NCBI GenBank assembly: GCA_043228905.1
Contig: JBHGNT010000009.1
Location: 2,728,001 to 2,792,000 of the forward strand
Length of the DNA stretch: 64,000 bases
From: Azolla caroliniana
Taxonomy: Eukaryota > Plantae > Polypodiophyta
Reading direction: 5' to 3'
Positions 36,318 through 50,484 of this stretch are shown here, piece by piece. The translations under genes were made by a program, and so were the position numbers. The notes beneath the pieces were generated by a model. That model saw only the letters and a program-made list of their open reading frames with translations, did not search any database and was not told the origin of the DNA. Position 1 is the stretch's first letter, and the number at the start of each line of letters is the position of its first letter.

Positions 36318-36760
36318 GACCATGGCAGTGATGTCTTGATGAAAGGATCTGCTTCTCAAACAGAAGAATTATCTTGCACGCCCCCCCCCCCCCCCCCCCC
36401 CCCCCCCGTCTCTCTCATCCTTTTAATCCCCTTCAGGCCACGGAGATAGCATTTTTGTGGACGGATTTACAAATTCAAAGTGAATAATGCTCTTGTTCGT
36501 TCCCTCTCCAATCTCTACCACGGCGATGGTGTATCCGTGAAAGGGATCGATCAAACATTTCAAACGGAATAAATCTATTTGTCTCTGACAGGTCATGGGA
36601 ATGTCCTTTCTCTGAACGGATTGACATTTTTAACAGAATATCCCACCTCCCTCTCTATATCTTCCCCTCCTGATGTCTCTTTGAAAAGGTTTCCAATTTC
36701 CAATGGAAAATATAAATATCGCTCCCTCTTTCTGACAGATCATGTAAATGGCGATATTTT
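36216..36760 (+). promoter_or_regulatory. Array of about six diverged repeats with short upstream ORFs, in the presumed 5' leader of the TPR-DnaJ gene
   Basis: Units begin after pyrimidine or CA tracts with (C)AG..CCA(T/C)GG and continue ..GGAT..CAAAC.GAA; ATGs at 36221, 36322, 36526, 36595 and 36742. Donor CAG|GTAAGC at about 36952. Confidence 0.5.
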
Positions 36761-37455
36761 CCTTTTTATTGCCTCAAATTTTCTTGTGCTCGTTTGTTTA
36801 TCTGTCTGTCAGACTTCCATTCTTCAGTTTCTTGAAATGAGGATCAGTGTCCTGTAATAATCCTTGTTCAGATGAGGCACTGCTTCTATCTTCATCCGTT
36901 TTCTGTTCAGTTTTCCCTTAAGATCGACACCATCCATTATTTTTGAACCCAGGTAAGCTTTGTCATCATCATTCCAACATTTGCGCAATGTAACTGGCTC
37001 GTTTGATTTTAACTTCTGATGTGCTGATGAAGTACGTAGTCAGAAATGCCAAAGAGCTTTCCTTTGTTTTACTTTTGCATTGTATTGGAACATCTGTTTT
37101 CTGTTTCTTAACCTGCGTATCTCTGTATGTCATTAGAATGTGAAAAACTTCTGAATTTATTAACTTTCAGAAAGCAATATGATTTCTGGTTAATTAGCTT
37201 AGATAGAATGGAAAAATATGAACTCCTAAAATATTGTGACATGTAGTAAGGAAAATTGACTCTATAATGCTCAGGACAAAAGAGGACAATCAAGTGATGT
37301 ACATAAAAGAAGACAATCAATATCTGTCTCAATGATGATCAATTGGAGCAGAGAGAAATACATTTCAGGTCTTGAAAAGGAGGAGACATTCATATTCGTG
37401 TATACTTAAGTGGTAAACGGAGTTTGCAGCTATCGTTGTACGTTCGTTTCTAGCC

Positions 37456-40400
37456 ATGTCATTGCTGCTGGGAATTAGAGGAGCTTCAACACAAAAGAAC
37501 GAAGAGAAACCTTTCCGAGAGAGTGAAACTCAGCAGTCTGGTTCCCTATTCACTGGGGATCCATCACCTTCTATTTGGGGGGATTCTCTAGCTTCCCCAA
37601 ATTGGCATGCAAATGTGATCTTATCTCCATCAACATCAGTAAAGACGGCATCACCTTCCTTTTTCCCTGTATCATTGGCATGTGAAACATATGAAATCAT
37701 GGAGAATGGGCATCAGAAAGAACTGGAACAATTCTCTTCTATAAGCTCTACATCACATGATTTTTCTAGTAGGAGGACGGGAAAAGAATCAATTTTAGGA
37801 CAAGAAAGTGGAGAATCTAGAGCCAGTAAAGGGGCATCCAAACAGTTTGACAACGACATAAAAATGTATGCTTTTGGAGCAAACACTAGCAATGGAAGAT
37901 TTCAATTTGATGAATATTCAAATAGAAGCTTCATGTTTCATATGCCACACGCAGCAGAGGAGGCTAAAGACTTGAACTCTGGGGTCCAACGGCCTGTTGA
38001 TCTCCATTACACTCAAATGGATGTTCCGCATTCATATACAAGCACATCTACAATTTCCTCAGAGGGAAAAGAGGAGATTGTGGAAAAGAGTGATTCAGTA
38101 TTCACATCAGGTAGAGTCGATAATAAGAATCTATATTCTACAGAAAATAATAGCAAGGAAGGGCCTAAACTTATATCTGAGCATAGAGAGGCACCTGTAG
38201 TCTTTGTCTTTGGCGCATCAATGCCTTCTTCAGAGAATGCTAAGCATAGTGTCCCACCACAAAGAATGTCTGAATTATCTTCTTCGAGGACACGAAGCAA
38301 GTTCAAAAGGCAAGTCTGGGGTAATAAAGCTGGATTTGGAAGCAATGATTCTCAATATGCTTACTTTCCCTTTGAGGATGCGTCTCCTCTAGAATCTTCA
38401 CATACTGATGATGCCAAAGATCACTCAAATGCATGCATTGGGCCAGAAGACAATCAAGGTAGGAATACTGAGGCTTTGCAGTCATCAGAACCAATGGTCG
38501 ATACTGGCATTGATAATTCTTTACTTCAGAACCAGAGATGTATGAACCAACAAGACTTTCTGTCTCAATATGGAGAAAATCAACATGTTGGGCTGGTTGA
38601 AAGTTTTGAAGGACGTTTTAATTCATTGTTCTCATCCAACAAGAAGCCTAATGAAGAGTCTAAGCAGAGAAACGACCATGTTTGGGGAAGTGCTTGGGGC
38701 TCAATCAAGAAAGATGCATTTTCTAACAAATCGAAAAATGCAGATGTTCTAGAAGAGGGCGTTGATGATCTGATTTCTGTGATGAGAGAATCGGGGGATC
38801 CTCAAAGAATACCTGATAGTGGCCAGCAAATAGCTTCATCTGAGAAAGGAAATGTTCCGGAGTTTCTTCATCCAATTGACGATATTGGAGAAAACCTAGA
38901 AATTTTAGCTGGACAAAGTTGTTATAAAGGTAATTCATCTTATAAAGAGATTGATAGTAAAAATATGAACATCGGTGAAGAAACAAAAGGGAAGAAAGAG
39001 AAACATGAATATCCGCGGAATATTGGTGGCAATGGTCTTCCAAAAACTTATGCATTTGGTTCACAACATGCAGTTAAGACACAAGTGGAATCTCAGAGTG
39101 AAATTCAGCCGTCATTGAAGAAGGATGACATGCAAGAAACTAAAAGAATCTTGAAGGATGGCAATATGCAGAAAACCAAGAAACACATTTCTGGTCAACA
39201 TGTGGTGAGTAATCAAGCTGATCAACCAGATGATACTTCTTGGTCAGCTTCATCATTATCTGCACCATTTGGTGGTGTAAAGAACATTGGCAGTTTGGTT
39301 GAGGGTTCTGCTCAGTCAGATTCTCCTGGTATTTTCATGAACGTAAAGAGTTCATTCCTAAACCTAAAATTCAGTTCTCCCATGCAAGAAACTCCCCACA
39401 ACGAGTTTCCAAAAGGGGAATTCTCAGGTCCTGTTTCCTCATCAGAATCCTCAGATTCAGAATGCACTCCTTCAAGAACTGAGAGGAGTTCAGCTGGAGA
39501 TGTTATGTTCCCCCGGAAGCAGTGTTTTGAATTCCAAGGAAATCTGAAAAATTCAACAGTTGGGTTGGTCATGGGTAAAAAAAAGGTTTCGTCAGCTTTA
39601 AAGTCAAGAAGGCATCGAAAGGGGTTAAATAAGCAAAGGAACATCCCTAAGAATGAAAAAACATATTCAAGTGTAACAAAGGACACAACATCTACAATGG
39701 ATTTCTCTCCAAGAATGGAGAATTCGAATCCAGCTGATCAAATGGTTAATTTGGAGCAACGCTTTGTGAACTTGAATAATTTGACCGAACCATATGCTGA
39801 TTCCAAAATGGAAGATAGAGATGATTGGATGCAGTTTATGGAGAATCAAAGCATGGAAGATCTACGAACAGCTACTGCCAATCTAAGTATCACAAAAGAT
39901 AAAAACAATTCCAACAGTTGGAGTAGCAACCATGAATCAGGAATATATGAAGAATCTAATGAATGGGCGAGTTCCAATCTTGCAAGCAAGAGAAGTGGAT
40001 CATGGAAAAGGTCTGATTTTGAGGAAGGGCAGAGTGTAACTTCTTTAGGGAATCCGTCGGAAGCTTCTCGATCAGAAAGAGAGAACTCATTTGAAGCTAA
40101 TCAACAGCATGAAAGCTATTTGAGGACAGTAGACCAAAACCAAGTAACATCATCGTTTACTTTTGGTGCACATTCTCATGCATCTATGGTAGGTGGCACC
40201 ACTATGAACTTGGCGAAAACAGCGGATCACATAACTTTAGATGGTTCAGTTGACAAAAAAGGGTCACCTAGGCCGTTAAGAAGATCATTTGCAAAGATTA
40301 ATCAATCTTCTATACAGAAGAAGAATACTGAAGAGCCTATAACATTGAAGGTTGCTGATCCTAGCTTATCTGTTTCAACCAATTTCGTTGATTCTGGGGT

Positions 40401-43400
40401 GCTAAATTCAAATGCAGTCACAAGTGCTGCAGCAGAGAAAGTATGTGAAGGATGGCGTCTAAGGTTGGTTGGCACTGCATTATGTGCTGTCTAATTTTTT
40501 CTAACGATTTCATTTTCCATATATTATTACTTTGAAGTTTTTAGCTTTTTCTAATGATTTCATTTTCCACATGCCATTGCTTTGAATTATCTTTCTTTTC
40601 CCAACAATTTTAATTGATCTCAATAGGGGAAACCTGGCATATGAGAATGGCGACTTTCCAAAAGCGGAAGAATATTATTCACGTGGTGCAAGCAGTATAT
40701 CCCCCAATGAAACCTCACAAAGTTGTATACGAGCCTCAATGCTGTGTTATAGTAATCGGGCAGCGACTCGCATGGTAGTGGGGAGGATCAGAGAGGCTCT
40801 TGCTGATTGCAAGCGTGCTATGGTTATAGACTCTAGTTTTTCTCGTGTTAGGCTTCGAGCTGCAAAGTGAGTTGTTGGAGTGGAAGCTATGTATATCTTA
40901 CATTTATAAACTTTATCATCTGAATTTAACATCTATATACTTCAAATTCCTGCTTTTTTCCTTAGCTGTCATTTAGCTCTTGGTGAAAGCAAGGCCGCTA
41001 CTGCTATGTTCAAGGATTGTGTAAAACATGCTAAGGATAGCAGCAAACCCGACTCGAAAATCTTAGTAGAAGCAATGGAAGGAGCAAAAAAAGCTCAGGT
41101 ATTGTCACATCTAAACTTGATTTACACAAGAGCTATATGCTATATGCCACAGTTCTGGCAAATAGCCAAAAATCAGGTATTTATGGTTGACACGCGTGAT
41201 CACATTTCACAATGTCTGGGGAAAAGGAAATATAGCTTTATTACTGCTCAGGAGGCAGGCACTAACATTGGTTTCACTCTTTGTGCAGCTGTAGAATTTC
41301 TTACTTCCTTCAGAATTAGGCCACACATTGGTTTCACTCTTGGTGCCTGGTTCATTAGACAAAGAGAAGCTGGCTATGACAAAGACCTATGGTAGATGAT
41401 TAATTAGGTTAGGTTTGGGTGGACCTGAATCTGTTGACACCTGACTTATAAGAGTGTTTAACAGAATTTGAAATGTAGGATTTAGAAAATTTTATAGTCC
41501 TGTACAGAGTTTCTGATTTTTAGATATTATGTGGTATTGTCTACAGCAACTGGATGATTATTCAGAGAGAGCATTGCAACTTTTGCTCAAGGAAAATAGT
41601 ACAGATTCTACTGCTGCTTTACGTCTTGTCAATGAGGCATTATCAATCAGCCCTTATTCAGAATTTCTTTATGAGTTGAAGACTCGGGTATTAATCTCGG
41701 TATGTTAGAGGTGAATCTTGTTCAAATTTTCCAGTGGTGTGAAATTACCTATGAGGCTTTTGTCTTATGGATCAATCCAAATTGGCAGCTCAAAAGATAT
41801 GAAGAGGCTGTGGAATTTTGTGAACAAAGTCTGCCTGCTGCGGAAAGGAGCCATGGCATAGCTGTTACTGAACAACATCAAGATAATTTTTCCAGCTGTG
41901 CAAATCAAAATAATGAGAATCTTCATCTTAAGCAATGGCGATGGAGATTGAGTGCAAAATGTCTCTACTACCTAGGGAAGCTAGATGAAGCAATTGATCT
42001 ACTTAAAAAGCATGAATCATCAGTGCCGGCGAATGCAGTGGACAAGTAACTAACTCTTTTTATGTTTCATACACACCAAATTAATTCCTTCATGATTTTA
42101 AGAGCACTTACAATTGTGAACTTGCTTATGACCTGATGTCCATATTCGCAGGGATGTAGATTTATATTCTTTGTCAACATTTAAGGACTTTATACAGGAC
42201 TTGAGTCGTCACAAGGTTTTTCCGTTGTTGATTTTGCAAAATAACGTCCAGGAATTTACTGGGAAGAAAACTCTGAAATACCCAACTATTTCTTTATTTC
42301 CCCACCCTCATTTTAATTATTCCCCTAACTGCCCTTGGTCAACCCCAAAAAGCATATTGTATGTGCTATTTGAAGAATTACATGGCCTATTCACTCCTTT
42401 CTCTCAATCATATTTGCTATTTGAGCAATTATATGGTCAATGCATCTCCTTTTTATCTTTTTTGGGGATTGACCAAAGACATTTTTGGAAATAACTGAAG
42501 CTCAGTACACATTTGAGGGAACACGAAAATTTGGGTTATTTCAGAGTTTGTCCCTAGGATTTTTAGCTCAAGTTTTTGGTCACTTTTGCTGCTAAATGCA
42601 GGCTGCAGGAAATGAAGCCTTTCAGTTGGGTAAACATGCAGAAGCAGTTGAACATTACTCAGCTGCATTGGCATGCAATGGAGAATCACGTCCTTACAAT
42701 GCTATGTGCTTTTGCAATCGTGCTGCAGCTTCACAAGCCCTAGGTCATATAGCAGATGCTATTGCTGATTGTAGTCGAGCAATTGCTCTGGATTCAAGTT
42801 ACCCTAAGGTTTTATCCTTCATTTGCTCTTTCTTCCTAAGATGTATGGGGATTTAAACCTTCTGAATGGAATGTGCAACTGAATGAAATAAATGAATGCG
42901 ATTTTGGATATGTGGGGGTCATTTGTGTAGTCAAGCATAAGCTTAGAAACGCAGCTGATGAACAGTTATAAGTTGTTGAAGTTATCCCTGATAGGAGATA
43001 CAAAAGTTTCCTGAAGGATGAGGCTCATTATATTCCATTAGAGAGGAGTTACCTTTGCGGACATTCCGAAATCTTTGATATAAGGCTGGAAACACTTGGA
43101 TGATTCTTGACTTTTAACTGATGATAACATGATTACAACCTGAAATTTGATTTGTGACACCATATTAGTGCTGCTGTCTTTGCTTGGCTCGTATAGATTA
43201 TTTATTTCCATGCTGTTAATATAATTATCATTCGATGAATGCGCCTTTTTATTGGTTCTGATTTATTTGTGCTTGATACTTTTTCTAGGCTTTATCACGA
43301 AGGGCTACTTTACATGAGATGATTCGAGATTATGGGCAAGCTTGTAATGACTTGAGAAGGCTCATTATTCTCTTGGAAGATAATCAATCAAAGGAAAGCA

Positions 43401-46209
43401 AAGGGGGAACTCCAAGCACTAATATGCATGACTTGAAACAAGCTCAAGATAGACTTGCAAAAGTGGAAGAAGAGATGAAGAAGGGTGCACCTATTGATTA
43501 CTATATGTTATTGTATGTGTGCTTTCAAATATTTATTTAAGCGATTATTTACTTTACTTGTTTTGCTTGTTTATACATCTATGCAAGTTGTTAGTTTGCA
43601 ATGAAATTTTTCCGCTAAACCTACTGATGAATTTCAGTGGTTAATCCTACTGATGTAACGTTTGTGGTTAAACTGTTAGTAAAACGTGTGTCTTCTACTT
43701 CAAGATTCAGGTGTGAATTCATGACACTGAGCCAACCTCAGCTCAGCATTGACTTTGTGAGCTGTATGTGTACTTATATCATGTCCTATCACACCTGGAT
43801 CTTTCTGGAACCTTCTAGATTTGATCGAATCATATTTTTGGTCTTAGCTGTTTGGGTTTGCTGGACAACATATACATGCTGTAACCCTATTGTATTGACA
43901 TGGAATACATTTCAGTCTCCTAATGCAGAGAAATCGTATTTTTTGTTTGGCTGACATGTGTATCCAGACTCATGAAAGACCTCCAGTATATCTTTTGCAT
44001 TATGTGTGATTTGATCTCCCAAATTATTAGGTTAAAAATGTTAAATCATATTTTGGTCTTAGCTGATTGGGTTTACTGAAACACTATTTTATTAACGTGG
44101 AACACATTTCAGACTCCTAGTGCAGAGAATCTTATTTTTTGTTTGGCTGACGTGTGTATCCAGACTCATGAAAGCCCTTTGGTATATCTTTTGCATTATT
44201 TTGAATTGATCTCACAAATTATTAGGTTTAAAATGTTAAATCATATTTTGGTCTTAGCAGGTTTGCGGACTAAACCCCATTTTGAACTCTTATGAATTGT
44301 TCATGCTATGCAGGGGAGTAGATTCCTTAACATGCTCTGCAAATGAAATTAAGAAGGCATATCGTAAAGCAGCTCTCAAACACCATCCAGATAAGGTATT
44401 GCTCAGCACCATAGTTACTCAGCATAAGGTATACTTATATTTAATGTAATTTGATGGCCTTAAATAGTCACAACTGACATACACCACATTATGACTCCCT
44501 TTCTTCCACAAGGAGCTCACTACCTGGCATACCATATCTCAAAGCCTATTAAAAACTCTCTTCCCAGCAAATTTCCTTTGAAGAAAACGTGCTTTTTTAT
44601 ATGCTATCTGTAAATATCTTGTATGGTACCCTGGATGTATATAAAAATGTGTGAAGGGTTTCCTTCTAAAAATTATTTTGGAAATAGGGATATTCCAGGG
44701 AGGTCTACATGAAGACCATTAGCTCAGTTAGTGCATGGGTTCCTCTATGCCTGAGACACCCAGAATATCAACCTGTGAATATGATTAGTGAGGAACAGGT
44801 AAGAATTGATTGGTTCTTACGTTACGAGGCTATGACCCTGCTCTGAAAAGTTCAACCAATGGAAGGGGTAGGGCTTCCAAGTAATTCACAATTCAGTGAT
44901 TCATTTTCTGTCCATTCCTTTGGCAGAAAGATCAGAACAGAACACATTCTTAGTTTTCTATATCAGTTTTGAGGCTGATGCTGTCAGACGATTGAACAAT
45001 CCCTTTGGTTGGACATATGTGATAAGAGTTACTTATTATAGAGACCCTTTACAAGCTCTCCTGGACCAACTAGAGAATTAGAAAAGGATTCATATTGAAA
45101 ATAAATTAATATGAGTTATATATTGGTGATTCTAGGCGAGTCAATTCTTAAAACGCGAGAATGGTGATGTTGGAAGCTTGTGGAAAGAGATTGGTGTTGA
45201 TGAGGTTCGTGCAGATGCTGAAAGGCTGTTCAAGTTGATTGGTGAAGCAAATGCAATACTATCAGATCCAGCAAAGGTCAGTCTTCCTTTTCTAAATGAA
45301 TATGCTCATAACAGTCATCTGAGTTAAGTTCTAATAGGGAAAAGAACCAAAATTATCAAGGTATTAGTCCCTTAATCAACTTAGTCCACTAAATAATCAA
45401 CATAATATGTCCTGCTAATCAAGATAATCAAAGCATGGGAGCCCATCATTCCACTTATAATATCTAATTATTAGGGAACATGAGCTCATAACCAACTTAG
45501 TCATTCCACTAAATAGTCAGCATAACTCTTCCTAATCAAGGTAATAAAAACATAAAGAGTCCATATACCAATCATAATAATCAATTATCAGGGAATGTGA
45601 GCCCATAACAGTTATAATAGTCTAATTAGTTCCAATTAATCAGTGAAAGCTCATATGAACACTTCTAATAATATTTGTGTTAATTAAGGAATGAGAGCCC
45701 ATAATTAATATTCATAAAGATCTTATCACATTTTAATTTATCTAATTAATAATAGGGGCATTTTGGCAATTTTTGAAAAATTTAGTTCTTCTGCAAATTT
45801 CGAAAATGTTTAGTATTCAGGTAATTTGGTAAAGGGTCAGAAGTATTGTGGTAGTTTTCCGTCTATATCACCACTACCACTACTAATTTTAACACATCAT
45901 TTTATGATATATGCATTGCAGAGGACTAGATATAATGCTGATGAAATGCAACGCAAGATGAGAGCAAAGAATAGTAGTGAGGTTTCTAGTAGTGTCTCGG
46001 AGTTGTTTCGGTCACAGTATGAAAGGACTGGCCGACGACAGCGTGATCGATGGGATGTGTTTAATGGTCGTACATACAACACTACTGCTGCTACTCAACA
46101 CCAGAGGTGGCAAAGTGCTCCTGATGCAGCACAACCAGATATATATGCACGGAATAGAAGCAATGGTAGCCGCAGTACTACTTCAGAGTTCTCTTGGGAT
46201 GATTTATGA
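37456..46209 (+). CDS. DnaJ/TPR co-chaperone (DNAJC7-like, plant TPR15/TPR16 type), about 1598 aa; exons 37456-40463, 40627-40866, 40966-41098, 41547-41699, 41789-42045, 42152-42215, 42602-42808, 43289-43512, 44314-44395, 45136-45276, 45922-46209
   Basis: Eleven GT-AG exons total 4797 nt in frame: a long disordered N-terminus, TPRs (WRLRGNLAYENG..YSNRAATRM..ALADC; AAGNEAFQLGKHAEAVEHYSAAL..FCNRAAA) and a J-domain DYYMLLGV..EIKKAYRKAALKHHPDK..LFKLIGEANAILSDP. Additional upstream coding exons cannot be excluded. Confidence 0.93.
42260..42555. mobile_element. Short TIR (Mutator-like MITE) remnant in a TPR-DnaJ intron
   Basis: GGGAAGAAAACTCTGAAATACCCAA is an inverted match to TTGGGTTATTTCAGAGTTTGTCCC. 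Confidence 0.6.
43830..44260. repeat. Tandem duplication, about 215 bp, intronic
   Basis: ATCATATTTTGGTCTTAGC..TGCAGAGAA..TGTTTGGCTGAC.TGTGTATCCAGACTCATGAAAG occurs twice, with the start of a third copy. Confidence 0.85.
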
Positions 46210-46716
46210 CAATATATTATGACACGTGTATAATTTGCAGATGAATGAATGTCAGGCGTTCGACCTTGTCAATGGGTGGATTCTTTGTTTGATACTCTGA
46301 CTGAAGAGTAATGCTAGGTGGTTGGGAAATATGTCGATTTTCACATTTCATGAAGAAAGAATTGCGAGTGCAATATAATGCCAGCTCAACATAAATGTGA
46401 TGGGAATACAAAGTTTGGCATTTAGCCTAGCTGTCTGGTGGAGTGAGGGATGATGGTACATAAAAGATGAAAGGGTGTAGTATTTGATCTGCATGTAACC
46501 ATGAAAATATGCAGTCATTGGTGTTCGACGTTGTGGGTTTTATTTATATAAATATTGGTATGGTTCCTACCATTGTGTGCTCTGCATAAGCAGAAGCTTT
46601 CCTTTGTTCAAGTGTATATATGTCTTAAACATTTGGTTTTTGTAATAAGAGACCATGGGCTGAATCTTTGTTATTTGATTGTAACAATTTGTTACAGCAA
46701 ATGCTGTCATATTGAA

Positions 46717-47000
46717 TATTTCAAGGGTGTCAGATGTTTACATTGTAATGCCATATTCATTTGATTGTGATAACAAATCCTGGCTTGCGTCATGATGATC
46801 TAACTGAGATATTTTCCTTTGAACTTACAATTTAAATCAAGACTCTAAAATTGCTGTATTTCAAGGGTGTCAGATGTTTACATTGTAATGCCATATTCAT
46901 TTGATTGTGAGAACAAATCCTGGCTTGCGTCATGATGATCTAACTGAGATATTTTCCTTTGAACTTACAATCTAAATCAAGACTCTCAAATTGCTGTATT
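46717..47000. repeat. Near-identical tandem duplication, about 140 bp x2, downstream of the TPR-DnaJ stop
   Basis: TATTTCAAGGGTGTCAGATGTTTAC...AAATTGCTG repeated almost exactly. Confidence 0.92.
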
Positions 47001-48433
47001 AATCGGAGTAGTTTTCTGTGCAATTAATATTTGAAACTAAACTCTTCAGCTAGGGTTTTGTATGGTAAATTAACACTACAGGTTTTGCCTTTTTTTCTTA
47101 GCATTTTTTACATTCCATTCGGAAGTCCAATTGCCCCAAATGGTTCTCAAATTTGAGCTCTGCTTTAAAATTTTTCCTATATTGATATGTTATCAACTAT
47201 TAGTTGCAGTATCACATGTCATCCTGTGAATTGTCTTGTTTGAATCATTATTCTCTCATGATAGAACATGAACTAGTGGGGGTTGAAATTAGCTATTGGT
47301 AGAACTAAACTATGTAACATTCAGTAATTGTACCATGGAACAAATGTTAGCATGCCAAAGCAATACATCTGAAAACTATGGGAGCTAATACCAATTTCTA
47401 TCACATAAAATAAGTACAAATGGTAGTTGGGAGGAGTAAGTGCAATGATACTGATGGTTTGGGAATGAATTGATCATGCCCTCACCCTCCTTGTCTCCTG
47501 CTTTTTTGAGGGTGTTACAATATCGTCACGGTTCTCTCTTTCCTTAGTCTCTTTTATTTGCTTTAAAGATCAAACCAAAATGTGGGTTTTTGGTGCCATT
47601 GTTTTTTGTACGATTGATTACATATCGGATTGTAGTGCTTTGGGACTTAATTGTTGGAAGTCACCGAGGATTAAAGTTGACATACATATTAAGCCTATCA
47701 TTGGGGGAACGTAGCATACCTACCCCATCATATGAATTAGTACCCACTTAAGACCAAATCCCGTACATACGAATGCAAATGAGTGCACCTAAAGGGATAT
47801 GTTTAGAGTTGAAGAATACAACCTACGACCACCTTCTAGAAGAATGATAAACCCCACTTTAGAAATAGAAAGAAGTTAAGAACCATCATTTGGGGCATTG
47901 AATACAAAGTTAAGTTGATAGCACCATTCTAGTCTAGTAGTTGAGGGCATACCTTTCAATTATAGTTAAATATATACCTTTCTCGTTTCACGTTGAAGAA
48001 TCCTAGACACTTTTGGATTCTTGAATTACATGACAAAATACAATGTTTCGAGCCCCTCCTCAAAAGACAATGGTTTTTTCTTAGATATCATACTCTAATT
48101 TCATAACAAATAATATTCCTCTAACTATATGTCCATCTCATATAGATGTTATAGATTGCTATTTGGGTTTCACTTTCTCCCATATATACCCGTTCTGTTT
48201 TGTGCTAATGTGTATACTTATGGATTTGTTTGATTGCTTGTACATAGATGATGAAAAGGGAAGTGTGTACTTAGATTAGATTATGATGGATTTGATATTT
48301 GATTGTCCATGAGAGGCCAATTTTAAACTATGGGACAATTTGATTGATATATATATATTCTATTATCGTCTTCGGAGGTCAAATATGACCTATGAAAGTG
48401 GTATGTGATACATGTGAAAGTGAGCAGCCACAT

Positions 48434-48478
<45 letters not shown>

Positions 48479-48480
<2 letters not shown>

Positions 48481-50340
48481 CAACTTGCCCAATACAATTT
48501 TATTGCAGGTAGGAATATATTGCATAATGTGTTGAATGATGAAATGGCCATGGATTATGCGCAAAACACTCATAAAGAATTGATTATGGTGCAATTAGAT
48601 TTGGAGAAAGCTTATGATCATGTTAATTGGTCCTTTGTTTCTGGGTTAATGCATACAATGGGCTTTGGACCTCGTATGTCTCGCCTCATATTTTTATTAG
48701 GACAAGATGCAATGTTTCGAGTAATGCTTAATGGGAGAGTTACATCAGATATTTCCCTCACAAGATCCGTTCGTCAAGGATGCCCTCTTAGCCCATTATT
48801 GTTTGCTATTGTTACTAATCCCTTGTTAGTGATGCTATCAAAGCTTGCAACAAATGGTGACACTGTAGGTCTACACCTTTCGTCTAGAGGGCAACTAGTA
48901 GCACAAGCTTTGGCTGATGATTCTTTCATGTTTCTACAAGCCTCACGAGAGAATCTTGAGAAGGGGATGCTTGTATGGAACCAATTTGCATTGGCTTCAG
49001 GATTACATATTAATTGGAGGATATTTAGTCTCATATCATGTATTGAAAGGGATTTGGAATGTTTAGGATGACAACTTGGATCTGTGGGGAAGGAAGGCTC
49101 TATTTTTTGACACTTGGGCTATCCATTAGAAATGAATGTTATAAATGGTCAATTGATTGAATGGATGTCTAGTAATTTGAGGAATAAGTTCATGTATTAG
49201 AAGTCACAATCTTGGCCATTTCATGTACGCTTGAAGGTTGTACAATGTATTATGGAACCCATGATATTACATTACTTGCCATTGTTGCCATGGAAAAAGA
49301 AGGCTTTGCATCCTATTTTGCAACCTCTTCGATATTTGTTATGGAAGAAGAGGGATAAGAAGGGAATCACTTGGGTTGCGTGGAATCATCTAGCAACCCC
49401 TAAGCGCTTGGGGGGAGCTAGATAATTGAACTTATCTATGCATATGATGGCTAGTATATTTTTTCATTATTACAAGACATGTGTTCAAACTCATAACCAT
49501 GGATATCTATTGTTCAATATTTCATTGAGAACACGGGTTTAACACATTGGAGGACAACGATTAAGGCTTCATGGTGGCAATTACTGAATGGATATATTTC
49601 ACTTAGGGTTCTGAGCTCTTCATGTGTTCACCACTTGGTTACTTCATGGCAAGTTCTCTTGTTATATGTATGGAAACCATAATCTAGTAGAGCATTGTAA
49701 TTCTTTGCAAAAAGAGTTACTCGTGTCTTCTCCATTATTATGTTGGCCAGGAAGTGAGAGATTGCGCTCCCAATTTAACTCTAAATTGCCATTTGTAGCA
49801 AAGGCCTTCATTTGGAGAGTTTTGATTGGAGGATTGCCTTTGGGATTAGCTCTATAGCGTCGTGAACTACCCACGGGTAATTGCTTTTTTTGCTCTGTTC
49901 AAATGTCCGATTGCTTGTAAGATCTGGAGTTCTCACGAGTAACTCGTGTAATTCTATCAAGGTGTTATTTGACACCTTGACAGTGGGTGTTTGCACAATT
50001 TACACAAGTTGACCCAAAATCAGAGATGGGGATCGTTTTTCTATTTCTGAGATATTGGGGATTGCGTCATAATTGGAATATGCTCAATGCTTTTGTATTC
50101 GACAACAGACATGGAGTGAAAGCATATCTACGAAAATTGAAGGGAGTACTAATGTGACAATTTTCTTTATTGGAGCAAGTGGAAATTCTTTCTTCGGTGG
50201 AGTGTTCGTCTTGCCCATTGGCAATTCAACATGTTCCACTACCCGTGTAGTGTAGTTAATGGGTGACCATACTCCATTGTCACACCTATTGTAAGTAGTG
50301 TTTTTTACACACAATTATTAATATAATTGTGTGTTTTCAC

Positions 50341-50344
<4 letters not shown>
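48479..50344 (+). mobile_element. 5'-truncated, decayed L1/Tx1-type LINE (RT plus zf-RVT region) flanked by (GA)n on both sides
   Basis: RT motifs FIAGRNILHN, LDLEKAYDHVNW, VRQGCPLSPLLF and ALADD; later GITWVAWNHLATPKRLGG and FIWRVLIGGLPLG..CFFC. (GA)n tracts at 48437-48478 and 50345-50392. Confidence 0.92.
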
Positions 50345-50392
<48 letters not shown>

Positions 50393-50395
<3 letters not shown>

Positions 50396-50470
50396 ATGTC
50401 TTTTAAGAGGCCAAAATGGCCTTATAAACTCAAAAAGCGATTACATCTGAAGTGTTGTCTCAACTTTAGA
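50393..50470 (-). mobile_element. Short retroposon 3'-end copy abutting the (GA)n tract
   Basis: TTAATGTCTTTTAAGAGGCCAAAATGGCC..GATTACATC..AAGTG, homologous to 10755-10830. Confidence 0.6.
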
Positions 50471-50484
50471 GATAGAGGTCAAAT

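Noticed and set aside
37997-39849. Antisense and alternate-frame ORFs within the large TPR-DnaJ exon (likewise within MAKR and the methyltransferase)
   Set aside because: Shadow ORFs of real coding sequence, with no motifs.
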